The translations under genes and the position numbers were made by a program. Under the pieces are notes generated by a model that did not search any database, was not told the DNA's origin, and was given only the letters and a program-made list of their open reading frames with translations. A stretch of DNA of 64,000 bases from Rhodospirillaceae bacterium. GTDB lineage: Bacteria; Pseudomonadota; Alphaproteobacteria; JAEUKQ01. The first letter of the stretch is position 1, and every line of letters begins with the position of its first letter. Location of the stretch: the NCBI GenBank assembly GCA_016722635.1, contig JADKIX010000003.1:411543-475542 (forward strand). Direction: 5' to 3'. Positions 47,543 to 58,206 of the stretch are shown here, one piece after another.

Positions 47543-48298
47543 TTACATCACCTGGTTGTTATGTTGGGATAGTTCTTGCTGCGCCTGTTGCATTTCAGAC
47601 TGAATGGCCTGGGCGGCTTCAGCAGGATTGACCGCTTGTAAAATAGGCCGGCCAACCACTAAATCTGTTGCACCCTCTATAATGGCTTGCCTTGGCGTTA
47701 TAATCCTTTTTTGATCAACTGCCTGTTGCAGCGAAGGTCTGACCCCCGGCACAACCAAACGCAATTTATCTCCGAAAACCGCTTTTAAAAAACCCACTTC
47801 CAATCCAGAACATACCACGCCCTGAACCCCACTTTGATAAGCCAAATTTGCCAAACGCAAACTTTGGTCCAGAGAGGAGGAAAAGGACCCAAAATCCTCC
47901 AGATCGCTTTTCTCAAGGCTGGTTAATAAGGTAACCGCAATCAAATCAGGACAGTGCACCCGGTATTTATCTGCCGCTTCATGGGCTGATTCTACCGCCG
48001 CTTTTAACATAGCTGATCCGCCGCTTGCATGAACCGTTATTAAATCTGGCTGGCAATTTTTGACCAGTCCGTCAATTGCCCGTGCTACCGTATGGGGAAT
48101 ATCGTGCAATTTTACATCTAAAAATAATTGATAGGGATTTTTCTCGCATACTTCCTTCATTTTTTCCCAACCGATGGCATAGAGGAATTCCAACCCTATT
48201 TTTATCCCTTGGATGTGATTGGACAATTTCTGAAGGATCGGGTTAATTTGTTCTGAATCGTGAATGTCTAAAGCTACAAATAAGTTTGGGGGGGTCAT
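47543..48298 (-). CDS. pyrF: Orotidine 5'-phosphate decarboxylase
   Basis: LFVALD...KIGLEF motifs. 251 aa. Confidence 0.85.
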   Translation of the reverse strand: MTPPNLFVALDIHDSEQINPILQKLSNHIQGIKIGLEFLYAIGWEKMKEVCEKNPYQLFLDVKLHDIPHTVARAIDGLVKNCQPDLITVHASGGSAMLKAAVESAHEAADKYRVHCPDLIAVTLLTSLEKSDLEDFGSFSSSLDQSLRLANLAYQSGVQGVVCSGLEVGFLKAVFGDKLRLVVPGVRPSLQQAVDQKRIITPRQAIIEGATDLVVGRPILQAVNPAEAAQAIQSEMQQAQQELSQHNNQVM

Positions 48299-48384
48299 GG
48301 GGATGTCAAGGAAAATTCCTTGCCCTTCTTCATTGCGTGTCTATTAGTATTTGATGACACGAGAATTTTGTGATTAAGAAAAAT

Positions 48385-48588
48385 TTATTTGGGACGCTTT
48401 GCAAACCAACGACCAATCCAACCCGCCCAAAACCCTATAAAAAAGATAACGAGGACTAATAAAAAAACCTTCGTTTCCGCCGTAACAAATGGCCAAATAG
48501 TAATAACGACAGATTGGGTGTTGGTTACCGCAAAAACAACCAATATAGCGATGACCGGAATAGCAATAATCCATCCTAACTTTGACAT
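48385..48588 (-). CDS. lapA: LapA/YciS family (DUF1049) small inner-membrane protein
   Basis: 67 aa with two TM segments. Located downstream of ihfB, the conserved position. Confidence 0.6.
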   Translation of the reverse strand: MSKLGWIIAIPVIAILVVFAVTNTQSVVITIWPFVTAETKVFLLVLVIFFIGFWAGWIGRWFAKRPK

Positions 48589-48601
48589 CGCATGCTCCTG
48601 A

Positions 48602-48892
48602 CTAATTTTTAGAGACCTGGTTAATTCTTTCTTTTAATTCTTTACCTGCCCGGAAAAAAGGGCTTCTTCTTTCCTGCAACATAACTTTTTCACCGGTTTT
48701 AGGATTCCTGGCAGGGCGGGGATCCCGCAGGCGTGTTGAAAAAATTCCAAACCCTCTCAACTCCACCCTTTTCCCTTTGATCATCGCTTCACTAATCCGA
48801 TTAAAAACGCTTGTAACAACGCGTTCTGCCTCATCATGGGTTAGCAGGGGGTGAAGGCTAAGAAGCGTAGCTATTAACTCTGATTTTGTCAT
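48602..48892 (-). CDS. ihfB: Integration host factor subunit beta
   Basis: MTKSELIA start and IHF/HU fold (RVELRGFGIF, RNPKTGE). The ORF track starts 37 codons upstream at 49003. Confidence 0.85.
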   Translation of the reverse strand: MTKSELIATLLSLHPLLTHDEAERVVTSVFNRISEAMIKGKRVELRGFGIFSTRLRDPRPARNPKTGEKVMLQERRSPFFRAGKELKERINQVSKN

Positions 48893-49115
48893 GGATCTCG
48901 AACCTTTTATTATCCCGATAAAATTCAATGATGCTTTATATACTGATATTACCTTAGCAAAACAATCTAAATTGTGCGGAAGATAAATATAGACCATTGC
49001 CATTCAAACGGCCTTTTGAGGAGATATATTTTCTACATCTTCCTTATTGCCGGATACATATTACTTGCTTCAACAATCAATCGTTTTGATCCGTTTTGCA
49101 ATTAATTCTTCCTAA

Positions 49116-49149
49116 GAAAAAGGCCTGATCAGGATAACCAGGCCTTTTA
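49116..49149 (-). terminator. Rho-independent terminator downstream of rpsA
   Basis: AAAAAGGCCTGATCAGGATAACCAGGCCTTTT hairpin with a T-run on the minus strand. Confidence 0.65.
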
Positions 49150-49178
49150 TATTTAAGTCTTCTGATCCTGCGGCAATT

Positions 49179-50933
49179 TTATGCCTCTGAATCTTCCGAT
49201 TTCTTTTTCTTTGGTTTGGTATCCTTTTGTGCTTTTGAAATAGCAGCACCTAATATTTCACCCAAGCTTGCGCCCGAATCAGAAGAACCATAATCGGCCA
49301 TTGCTTGCTTTTCTTCATCCATTTCCTTCGCTTTTACAGATAAAGAAATCTTGCGGGTTTTGCCATCAACGCTTGTCACTTTTGCATCGACTTTTTCCCC
49401 GATAGCAAAACGGTCTGTTCTCTGCTCCGAACGTTCACGGGCCAAATCAGCTTTACGGACGAACCCAACCACCCCTTCTTTCAGGGATACTTCCAATCCT
49501 GCTTCCTGAATAGCGGTGATGGTCGCCGTCACCACATCGCCTTTTTTATATTGATCGGAAGCAGTAGCAAATGGATCTGCATTTAACTGTTTAATCCCTA
49601 AGCTAATCCGTTCCTTTTCCGAATCAATATCCAGGACACGCACTTTAACTTTATCGCCATTTTTATAATCGGCAATGGCTTGCTCGCCAGGGCGTTGCCA
49701 ATCAAGATCGGATAAATGTACCATTCCATCCACATCTCCCGGCAATCCTACAAATAAGCCGAAGTCAGCAATATTACGCACTTCGCCTTCCAAAACCGTC
49801 CCAACCGGATTCTTTTGTTGGAAAGAAATCCATGGATTATCAGCAGTTTGTTTTAAGCCTAAGCTAATCCGGCGTTTTTGGTGGTCAATATCTAAAACAA
49901 CCACTTCAACCTGTTGACCGACCGTGACAATCTTGCTGGGGTGCAAATTCTTTTTTGTCCAACTCATTTCGGAAACATGAATCAGCCCCTTAACATCATC
50001 CTCGAGTTCCATAAAGGCGCCATAATCAGCAATATTGGTAATTCGGCCGTTAACCTTGGTCCCGACAGCATATTTATTCGCAATATTTTGCCATGGATCT
50101 GTTTCCAACTGTTTCATGCCTAAAGAAATCCGCTGATTCTCTGGGTTAAAGCGAATAATTTGGACTTTAACAGGCTGGTCTAAGGACAAAACGTCCGATG
50201 GATGGGTAATTCTTTTCCAAGAAATATCGGTGATATGCAGCAATCCGTCAACACCACCTAAATCCACAAAGGCGCCATAATCTGTAATGTTTTTGATTTT
50301 GCCAGTCAGTATTTGGCCTTCCTTCAAACCAGCGACCAGTTCAGTTCTTGCTTCAGCACGGCTTTCTTCCAAAATTGCCCGGCGTGAAACCACAATATTG
50401 CCACGGGCACGATCCATTTTCAAAATTTGGAAAGGCTGGGGATGGCCCATTAAGGGAGTGATGTCTCGAATGGGACGGATGTCAACCTGGCTGCCTGGTA
50501 AAAACGCAACCGCTCCGGATAAATCAACCGTGAACCCACCTTTAACCCGACCAAATATAACACCCGTAACACGGACATTTTGTTTGTGGTTATTTTCTAA
50601 TTGAACCCATGATTCTTCTCGGCGCGCTTTTTCACGGCTTAATAAAGCCTCGCCATTTTTATCCTCAATTCGTTCAATGTAAACTTCGACAATGTCGCCC
50701 GCCTTAATTTCCGAGGTTTGGCCGGGGGAGGCAAATTCTTTTATCGAAATGCGGCCTTCCGACTTCAATCCAACATCAATGATCGCCAAATCATTTTCAA
50801 TGCGAATAACTTTACCTTTAACCACAGAGCCTTCAATATTTTTACGGTTACCAAATGACTCTTCCAGAAGGGCTGCAAAGTCTTCCATTGGGGGAATGGT
50901 TGATTTGCTAGCGCTGTTTTTTGTTACGTTCAT
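49179..50933 (-). CDS. rpsA: 30S ribosomal protein S1
   Basis: Six S1 repeats. 584 aa. N-terminal EDFAALLEESF typical of alphaproteobacterial S1. Confidence 0.95.
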   Translation of the reverse strand: MNVTKNSASKSTIPPMEDFAALLEESFGNRKNIEGSVVKGKVIRIENDLAIIDVGLKSEGRISIKEFASPGQTSEIKAGDIVEVYIERIEDKNGEALLSREKARREESWVQLENNHKQNVRVTGVIFGRVKGGFTVDLSGAVAFLPGSQVDIRPIRDITPLMGHPQPFQILKMDRARGNIVVSRRAILEESRAEARTELVAGLKEGQILTGKIKNITDYGAFVDLGGVDGLLHITDISWKRITHPSDVLSLDQPVKVQIIRFNPENQRISLGMKQLETDPWQNIANKYAVGTKVNGRITNIADYGAFMELEDDVKGLIHVSEMSWTKKNLHPSKIVTVGQQVEVVVLDIDHQKRRISLGLKQTADNPWISFQQKNPVGTVLEGEVRNIADFGLFVGLPGDVDGMVHLSDLDWQRPGEQAIADYKNGDKVKVRVLDIDSEKERISLGIKQLNADPFATASDQYKKGDVVTATITAIQEAGLEVSLKEGVVGFVRKADLARERSEQRTDRFAIGEKVDAKVTSVDGKTRKISLSVKAKEMDEEKQAMADYGSSDSGASLGEILGAAISKAQKDTKPKKKKSEDSEA

Positions 50934-51053
50934 ACCAGTATTAATCCTAATTTATATTTGGCCAGCCAGTTTGAAACGGCGGACTTGGGGTTGATAATTT
51001 TATACACAAGATATTTTCAGGTTTTAGACCTATAAAACACCTCAATTAAATTA

Positions 51054-51764
51054 TTAATGATAATTGGCTAATCTTTGCTGAACATGGCCTAAAGCAACTT
51101 GAAAAGCCTGTTCGGCATTAAGATTGGAATTATCAATAATAACGGCATCCGCAGCGGGTATCAAAGGCGCATGCAACCTATTCTGATCGCGCTTGTCACG
51201 CTCTTGGATATCTTGCAGAACCTGCGCATGTATAACTTGTTGCCCACGATTTAGCAACTCTTTATAACGCCGATTCGCTCGAATTTCTTGCAAAGCAGTT
51301 ACAAACAGCTTTACCTGAGCGTCAGGCCAAATAACAGTGCCGATATCACGCCCATCTAAAATCGCCCCTTGAAGTAATTTATTACCCGCAGTTGCCGATT
51401 CTGGGAAATTCCGCTGAAATGATAATAAAGCTGCCCTGATTGCCGGGAATGTTGCAATAATAGATGCGGTCTGCCCCACTTTTTCCTCGCGCAAGGAAGG
51501 TGACTGCAAATCAACTTCCGTTAAATTTTTGGCGAGATCAAGCAACTTAGGATTGTCTTTATTGTTCCAATCCAGCTGATGCTCAAGCGCTTTGGCAGCA
51601 ACCGCCCGGTACAATAGGCCCGTATCCAAATAAGCAAATTGCAAATGCCGCGCCAACTGTCGGGCCAATGTGCCCTTTCCTGCAGCGGTTGGCCCATCAA
51701 CCGCAATCACCACGATGGTTTTCTTTTTATCTGAGATTTTATGCATCTTAATATCCTTAACCAC
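51054..51764 (-). CDS. cmk: Cytidylate kinase
   Basis: P-loop IAVDGPTAAGKGT. Upstream of rpsA, the conserved cmk-rpsA pair. The start may be the internal MHKIS at 51746. Confidence 0.85.
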   Translation of the reverse strand: MVKDIKMHKISDKKKTIVVIAVDGPTAAGKGTLARQLARHLQFAYLDTGLLYRAVAAKALEHQLDWNNKDNPKLLDLAKNLTEVDLQSPSLREEKVGQTASIIATFPAIRAALLSFQRNFPESATAGNKLLQGAILDGRDIGTVIWPDAQVKLFVTALQEIRANRRYKELLNRGQQVIHAQVLQDIQERDKRDQNRLHAPLIPAADAVIIDNSNLNAEQAFQVALGHVQQRLANYH

Positions 51765-51941
51765 ATTCCCATGTTACATAATGAGCGTTTGCAACATATC
51801 AAAACATCTCATGCGCCTTAGAATGAGACATTATTAAATAGAACCCCTATTTTATTTCGGCAAGTCATTCATTTATCTTTTGACAAAAACCTCAGAAGAT
51901 GGCAATTCCCATTCGGTTAATATTTTTGCTTAAAGGAGTAA

Positions 51942-52298
51942 ATGGTCTTGGCAAAAGAAAAATGGGGTATCAAAAGGTTGTGCCTAAGCTGTGGGGCATA
52001 TTTCTATGATTTGAACCATCAACCCAGCACTTGCCCCAAATGTGGGACATTACATGATCCCGAAGCCTCGTTAAAATCGAGAAAAGGCCGGGGCGCAGCC
52101 GCAAAAACGGTGGCCGCCAAAAAGGCGGAATTGCTTCCTGAAACTGTCGAATTTTTAGCTGACGATGCTGACATTGTGCTGCCTGGGTTAGATGCCACCC
52201 ACAAGGATGATGAATTAATTGAAGATACATCAGAACTAGCTGAAGAAGATGATGTGGGCAATGTGATTGACAATGTGGAAAATGAAGAAGAACAATAA
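51942..52298 (+). CDS. FYDLN_acid family protein (TIGR02300), conserved alphaproteobacterial zinc-ribbon protein with an acidic tail
   Basis: CLSCGAYFYDLN...CPKCG zinc ribbon and a D/E-rich C-terminus. Confidence 0.7.
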   Translation: MVLAKEKWGIKRLCLSCGAYFYDLNHQPSTCPKCGTLHDPEASLKSRKGRGAAAKTVAAKKAELLPETVEFLADDADIVLPGLDATHKDDELIEDTSELAEEDDVGNVIDNVENEEEQ

Positions 52299-52379
52299 AG
52301 CCTGCAATAAATAATCGTCGGCTTATTGATTTTTTTGTTGCATAGGGAAGGTCTTCTCCTTTACAAAGGAATCGACATT

Positions 52380-52455
<76 letters not shown>

Positions 52456-52508
52456 AATTGTGAAAGCAGTTCACCAAATTGTGAACTGCTTTTTTTATGG
52501 AAAATACT

Positions 52509-53405
52509 TCATGTATTGCTGGGTGGGGTAGGTTTTTTATCATGGAAATCAACGATGATTTTCCAGGCTTGTTCCGGCGTGTCCACAAATTGGAGCAAAG
52601 CAAGGTCTGAGGCAGAAATCATCCCTTGTTCCAACAAAAAATCAAAATTAATAAGTTTTTTCCAAAATTCCTTATAAAAAAGGATGATTGGCAACGGCTC
52701 AACTTTCCCTGTTTGAATTAACGTCAAGGCTTCGAACATTTCATCTAAGGTACCAAAACCCCCTGGGAAATACACCAACGCCCGCGCCCGTAACATGAAA
52801 TGCATTTTCCGCAAGGCAAAATAATGGAACCTAAAATTCAAATCGGGGGTGATATAGGGGTTGGGATATTGTTCATGTGGCAACTCAATATTAAAGCCGA
52901 TATTGGGGCTTTCCGCATCCGCCGCGCCGCGATTAGATGCTTCCATGATCCCGGGTCCACCGCCCGTGGAAATCACAAAATCCCTGCATATATGGGCGCA
53001 TTGAAAACGTTTCTGGCTTTCTTTGGCAATTAAAAAAGATAAAGCCCGTGCCCTTTCATATATCTCTGCTTGCCCTAACAATTTTTCTGCCCGCGCCAAC
53101 TCCTGTTCGCGTATCCGCGGATTTTTGGTTTTTCTTGCATTTTCTAACACCATCAAAGCGGTTTCAGGAGAGGGAATGCGTGCACTGCCAAAAACCGCAA
53201 TCGTTGAGCGGACGTTCCACTCTTTTAAAAGCATATCAGTTTTTAAATATTCCAACTGCAATCGAATCGGGCGTAAATCTTCCCGGGCAATAAAATCCAG
53301 ATCCTTAAAAGCGATAATAGACCTTGGGTTTATTTTCTCTTCCGGTTTTTGTGGCGGTAAAGCGGAAATATTCGGTGACTCCACGGGGGGAATAATGGGT
53401 TTCAT
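52509..53405 (-). CDS. LOG family (TIGR00730) Rossmann-fold nucleotide-binding protein
   Basis: GGGPGIMEA and PGGFGTLDE motifs. 298 aa. Confidence 0.75.
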   Translation of the reverse strand: MKPIIPPVESPNISALPPQKPEEKINPRSIIAFKDLDFIAREDLRPIRLQLEYLKTDMLLKEWNVRSTIAVFGSARIPSPETALMVLENARKTKNPRIREQELARAEKLLGQAEIYERARALSFLIAKESQKRFQCAHICRDFVISTGGGPGIMEASNRGAADAESPNIGFNIELPHEQYPNPYITPDLNFRFHYFALRKMHFMLRARALVYFPGGFGTLDEMFEALTLIQTGKVEPLPIILFYKEFWKKLINFDFLLEQGMISASDLALLQFVDTPEQAWKIIVDFHDKKPTPPSNT

Positions 53406-53632
53406 CTCATTTCTTTCTTTATCCAGGCATTCAATTACTGAAAACCCGCTTAAAGCGGGTGATCTTCATTTGTTAGACGTCAATAGATTTTTACTTCCTA
53501 TTTATAGCCCCATTGCTTGGTAGCCGCAATATAATCGGCAAGAAAATAATAATAAGAATGTTTTAATGCCACCTCTCCTCATTCATTCATTTATTTCTTT
53601 TCCTTACATATTTGTCTTGCTATAGTGAGGAT

Positions 53633-53728
53633 GGAGATCGACAATGGACGGATGTCGCGCTAACCCGGCCAGGTCCGGAAGGAAGCAGCCGTAACGATTG
53701 TCAGCCCGGGTCATTGCTCGGTCTCCCC
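53633..53728 (+). ncRNA. ffs: Signal recognition particle RNA (4.5S, small bacterial type)
   Basis: Contains the domain IV motif CAGGTCCGGAAGGAAGCAGCC. The 5' end GGAGATCGACAATG pairs with the 3' end CATTGCTCGGTCTCC. Located upstream of dnaX, the conserved ffs-dnaX-ybaB-recR arrangement. Confidence 0.8.
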
Positions 53729-53856
53729 ATACAAACGGTTGCCATAGCTATCAAGCCCCTGGTTAAAGGGGTAAAAATAATTCATGACAAACCTCATTTC
53801 TTCCATTACATAACATTCGCATATGCGATAAATTAAAGGGTTACCCACAACGAATC

Positions 53857-55719
53857 ATGACAAGCGGTTATCGTGTCTTAGCACGGAAGTATCGTCCGAC
53901 CATTTTGCAGGAGTTGGTTGGCCAGGAAACGTTGGTGCGTATCCTTCATAATTCCTTCCAAAGTGGCAGGATTGCCCATGCTTTCATGTTAACAGGGGTC
54001 CGGGGTGTTGGCAAAACCACAACGGCCCGGATCATTGCCCGTAGTTTAAATTGTATAGGCTTAGACGGCCAAGGTAGTGTTACCACCAAACCGTGCGGAA
54101 CCTGTACCCATTGTGCCATGATCAGCCAGGATCGCCATGTTGATGTACTCGAAATTGATGCAGCCAGCCGGACAGGGGTTGGCGATATGCGGGAAATTAT
54201 CGATAGCGTGAAATATTTGCCTGTTTCCGCGCGCTATAAGATTTATATTATTGATGAAGTCCATATGTTATCAACTAGCGCTTTTAATGCTTTACTCAAA
54301 ACGCTGGAGGAACCGCCGCCGCACGTTAAATTCATTTTTGCCACCACTGAAATTCGGAAGGTTCCAGTAACCGTCCTTTCCCGTTGCCAAAGGTTTGATC
54401 TACGCCGGATTGATACACCGGTATTAACCCAACATTTATTAAATATTGCCCAGCAAGAATCCATTGCTCTGGATCAGCAGGCGGCGATCTTGATTGCGGA
54501 GGCTGCAGATGGTTCAGCCCGGGACAGTCTGTCTTTGCTTGATCAAGCCATTGTCATGGCGAATGGCACCATTACCAGTCAAATGATCCAAGAAATGTTG
54601 GGGCATGCCCAAGATCAACATATCTTGGTTCTATTTGAATATTTAATTGATGGCAAAATTGCCTTAGCCATCCAGGAATTGGAACAATTTTATCGTCAGG
54701 GTGTGGATCCTTCCTTTTTACTACAAGACCTATTGCGCTTTACCCATCAATTTACCCTGTTAAAATATGGTGTTAAGTCAAACCTGACTTGGTTAGGGGT
54801 GGATACGGAGAACTTGTCCCCCGCCTATCGCCAACTGTTGGACAAATTGCGGGTGGATGGATTAAACATCATGTGGCAGATTTTGTTAAAAGGTTTAAGC
54901 GAGGTGCAGACAGCCTTTGCCCCCTTACAGGCCGCCCAAATGGTGCTGATTAGACTGACGCATTATTTAGCCATGCCTAGCCCGGGGGAGATCAGCAATT
55001 TATTTTTGTCAAACCAACAGGTCCCTCAAGCCGGGCAACCGGCCCAAAGCAATTCTGCTACGCAACCTAGCGTTTCCATCAGCGTCCTATCAAAACCAAC
55101 CACCCCTGCCAACCCTACCGCATTAGCCGTATCGCCCTTTCCAACGATCGAGAAAGATGTATCATCGCCCCCTGCTGTGCCCCCTTCTACCTATGCTAAT
55201 CTGGCTAAATCATCGGAACCGGCCAATAAAACAGGAGCGCCGGGCAAGGTTCAAAATTCTTCTGTTTCTTCCCCACCTACCTTGCTGCTTCATAGTTTTC
55301 AAGAAGTTTTGAAACTAGTTGACGAGCGTCGGCAGGGACTTTTGCATGCCCATTTGATGCGGGATATGCGCCTAATAACATTCGCCCCCGGTTTTATCGA
55401 ATGCGGCTTAACCCCTGACGCACCCAGCAATCTGACCCTTAAGCTTGGACAATTTTTAAGGGAAACCACGGGAACAGCCTGGGAAATTAAAGTGAATAAC
55501 CAGAAAGTGGATGTTCCAACTGCCTTAGAGCAACAGAAAATATTGAAAGATAGACAGGAACAATCGGCAATACAGCATCCGGTCATGCAAAATATCTTCA
55601 AACATTTCCCGGAAAGCAAGATTGAACGTATTTATCAAAAAACAAAAGATTTTGATATTTTATCAGCCGATTCTGATAAAACAGACATGAACCCGAATTT
55701 TGAGGAGATGAATGAATGA
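53857..55719 (+). CDS. dnaX: DNA polymerase III subunits gamma/tau
   Basis: AAA+ clamp-loader motifs (GVRGVGKTT, a zinc module with CGTCTHC, SRC). 620 aa. Confidence 0.95.
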   Translation: MTSGYRVLARKYRPTILQELVGQETLVRILHNSFQSGRIAHAFMLTGVRGVGKTTTARIIARSLNCIGLDGQGSVTTKPCGTCTHCAMISQDRHVDVLEIDAASRTGVGDMREIIDSVKYLPVSARYKIYIIDEVHMLSTSAFNALLKTLEEPPPHVKFIFATTEIRKVPVTVLSRCQRFDLRRIDTPVLTQHLLNIAQQESIALDQQAAILIAEAADGSARDSLSLLDQAIVMANGTITSQMIQEMLGHAQDQHILVLFEYLIDGKIALAIQELEQFYRQGVDPSFLLQDLLRFTHQFTLLKYGVKSNLTWLGVDTENLSPAYRQLLDKLRVDGLNIMWQILLKGLSEVQTAFAPLQAAQMVLIRLTHYLAMPSPGEISNLFLSNQQVPQAGQPAQSNSATQPSVSISVLSKPTTPANPTALAVSPFPTIEKDVSSPPAVPPSTYANLAKSSEPANKTGAPGKVQNSSVSSPPTLLLHSFQEVLKLVDERRQGLLHAHLMRDMRLITFAPGFIECGLTPDAPSNLTLKLGQFLRETTGTAWEIKVNNQKVDVPTALEQQKILKDRQEQSAIQHPVMQNIFKHFPESKIERIYQKTKDFDILSADSDKTDMNPNFEEMNE

Positions 55720-56042
55720 AAAATAATATTGGCGCCATGATGAAACAAGCGCAAATGATGCAGCAAAGAATGCAAGATGTCCAAAATCAGCTGGACAAGG
55801 TAGAAATTAGCGGGGCATCAGGCGGCGGCTTGGTACAGGTGACCTTGACGGGTAAAGGCAATGTCCGCCAAATTAAAATTGATCCCTCCTTGTTTAAAGG
55901 CGAGGAAAAAGAAATTGTGGAAGACTTGATTTGTGCCGCCTTTAATGATGCTAAAAATAAAGTGGAACAGCATGCCTCCCAAGAAATGTCCAAAATAACC
56001 GGCGGATTAAATTTGCCCGCTGGCTTTAAAATGCCATTTTAA
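55716..56042 (+). CDS. ybaB: YbaB/EbfC nucleoid-associated protein
   Basis: 108 aa. The characteristic MMKQAQMMQQ N-terminus. Confidence 0.9.
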   Translation: MKNNIGAMMKQAQMMQQRMQDVQNQLDKVEISGASGGGLVQVTLTGKGNVRQIKIDPSLFKGEEKEIVEDLICAAFNDAKNKVEQHASQEMSKITGGLNLPAGFKMPF

Positions 56043-56049
56043 TCCGATC

Positions 56050-56658
56050 ATGTACGGCATAGAAATCTCACAACTTATCCAAATACTCGGCAAACTACCC
56101 GGCGTTGGGCCGCGGTCGGCCAAACGCATTGCCTTGCATCTCTTGAAGAAAAGGCAAAGTTTGATGCCGCAGCTGTTGTCCATCTTGGCACAAGCCCAGG
56201 AACACGTAAAAACCTGTTCTCAATGCCACAATCTTGACAGTAAAGATCCCTGTTTTATTTGTAGCGATGGGAAACGGGATCATCACAGCCTGTGCGTGGT
56301 CGAGGAAATATCCGACCTTTGGGCGATGGAGCGGACGCAAAGTTTTAAAGGCGTTTATCATGTCTTGGGCGGAACCTTATCAGCCATTGACGGAATCGGG
56401 CCTGAACAGCTGAATATCGCCTCATTGGTCACCCGCATCAATCACAAGCCAATCCACGAGCTGGTTTTAGCCACCTCAGCAACTGTTAATGGCCAAACCA
56501 CCGCTTATTACTTGACAGAGTTGTTTGATAAAAATACCGTCCGGGTTACCCACTTGGCTTATGGGTTGCCGGTAGGCGGAGCTTTGGATTATTTAGACGA
56601 AACTACCATTGCCCTAGCCTATAAAGCCAGACTGCCTTTTAAGCAAACCAGTACTTAA
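56050..56658 (+). CDS. recR: Recombination protein RecR
   Basis: HhH, Cys4 zinc finger (CSQCHN...CFIC) and Toprim domain. 202 aa. Confidence 0.95.
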   Translation: MYGIEISQLIQILGKLPGVGPRSAKRIALHLLKKRQSLMPQLLSILAQAQEHVKTCSQCHNLDSKDPCFICSDGKRDHHSLCVVEEISDLWAMERTQSFKGVYHVLGGTLSAIDGIGPEQLNIASLVTRINHKPIHELVLATSATVNGQTTAYYLTELFDKNTVRVTHLAYGLPVGGALDYLDETTIALAYKARLPFKQTST

Positions 56659-56706
56659 ACACCTAGCCATCTACTAGAACTAATCCGAACCACGGGGAAA
56701 AAACCT

Positions 56707-57156
56707 ATGACAAATGCTAATCTGCTAAAAACATCTTATGTGGAAGACTTGCACATCGGAATGGAGGCAAGCTTAACGAAAAAAGTGCAGGAAAAAGATG
56801 TCTTGTCTTTTAGCGAAATTTCCGGTGATAAAAATCCCGTCCATTTGGATGAAGCCTTTGCGAAAACCACCCGCTTCAAAGAGCGCATTGCACACGGCTT
56901 GCTGTCGGCCAGCTTTATTTCTGCGGTTTTCGGAATGAAAATGCCGGGGCCTGGCAGTATTTATTTAAACCAAGCCCTTCAATTTAAAGCGCCGGTTAAA
57001 ATTGGCGATACAGTCACAGCAAAAGTCAAAGTCAAAAACATTGATTTAAATCGGGCACGGGTGATATTTGAAACCACTTGCTCGGTTGGCGAATTACTGG
57101 TGATTACCGGAGAAGCGGAATTATTAGTACCCAAACGTCCCGCACCCTCTTTATAA
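56707..57156 (+). CDS. MaoC-like (R)-specific enoyl-CoA hydratase / dehydratase
   Basis: Hot-dog fold with DKNPVHLDEAFA...IAHG. 149 aa. Confidence 0.75.
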   Translation: MTNANLLKTSYVEDLHIGMEASLTKKVQEKDVLSFSEISGDKNPVHLDEAFAKTTRFKERIAHGLLSASFISAVFGMKMPGPGSIYLNQALQFKAPVKIGDTVTAKVKVKNIDLNRARVIFETTCSVGELLVITGEAELLVPKRPAPSL

Positions 57157-57186
57157 TATGTTGTTAGGCCGATCCCCCTTATTGAA

Positions 57187-58128
57187 ATGCAGATTTTTCG
57201 CTCCCTTCATGCGTTAACCCCCAAACAGCAAGGGGCGGTTGTTGCCATCGGCAATTTTGATGGATTGCATCGTGGCCATCAAGCGATCTTAACTCTCACA
57301 AAAAAATTAGCCAACAAGCACGGGAAAGCAGCAGCTATACTAAGCTTTGCCCCGCACCCTCGCCTTTATTTTTCGCCATCGGCGCCAGCCTTTCAATTAA
57401 CTAATTGGCGATGCAAGGCCGAATTACTGGCAAGCTATGGCATGAATTTTCTTTATCTGCAGCATTTCGGCCCGGCATTGGTCAAAACAAACGCGCAAGA
57501 TTTTATTGAACATATTTTAATCAAGCAGTTGAAGGTTTCCAACATTGTGGTGGGCCAGAATTTTGCCTTCGGTCACCAGCGTCAGGGCACCATTGCTTTA
57601 TTGAAAGAGTATCATCAATTTTTTTCAACCACTGCCCTAGAGCCCTTTACGGATGCGAATGGAACTATTTGCTCTTCAACCACCGCCCGGCGTTATTTGG
57701 AAGAAGGGCAGTTAGATAAACTCAAAGATTTACTGGGGCGCCCCTGGATGATTGCGGGACATGTACAACATGGCCGCAAACAGGGTCGGCTACTCGGTTT
57801 TCCAACCGCTAATTTATCTGTCAAAGACCGGCTGTTACCGCCTTACGGCATATATACGGTGCGGGTAAAAATGAACTCAAATTCTGCGGAAACCATCTGG
57901 CAAGGGGTTGCGAATTTAGGCATTAGGCCGACGTTTGATGAACAGGAACCCTTATTAGAAGTTCATCTTTTTAACTTTAATCAATCCTTATATGGGCAGC
58001 GTTTATATGTGCAGTTTCATCACTTTATAAGGCCCGAGAAAAAATTTTCTGACCTTCAAAAACTTCGTGCACAAATTGCTAAAGATTGTCAGCAAGCACT
58101 TTTTCTTTTGAAGAAAATTGACAATTGA
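57187..58128 (+). CDS. ribF: Bifunctional riboflavin kinase / FMN adenylyltransferase
   Basis: GNFDGLHRGH nucleotidyltransferase motif and the C-terminal riboflavin kinase PTANL motif. 313 aa. Confidence 0.9.
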   Translation: MQIFRSLHALTPKQQGAVVAIGNFDGLHRGHQAILTLTKKLANKHGKAAAILSFAPHPRLYFSPSAPAFQLTNWRCKAELLASYGMNFLYLQHFGPALVKTNAQDFIEHILIKQLKVSNIVVGQNFAFGHQRQGTIALLKEYHQFFSTTALEPFTDANGTICSSTTARRYLEEGQLDKLKDLLGRPWMIAGHVQHGRKQGRLLGFPTANLSVKDRLLPPYGIYTVRVKMNSNSAETIWQGVANLGIRPTFDEQEPLLEVHLFNFNQSLYGQRLYVQFHHFIRPEKKFSDLQKLRAQIAKDCQQALFLLKKIDN

Positions 58129-58206
58129 GCGTGGTTCGACTTTTATAAGCGAGAGCGTGAGAGATATCTTATCATGTTTATTGATTGTGGATGAAGGGGA
58201 ATAGCC

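Noticed and set aside
53612-53836. ORF-track 74-aa ORF
   Set aside because: Overlaps a clear SRP RNA (4.5S) gene. Its coding potential is an artefact of a structured RNA.
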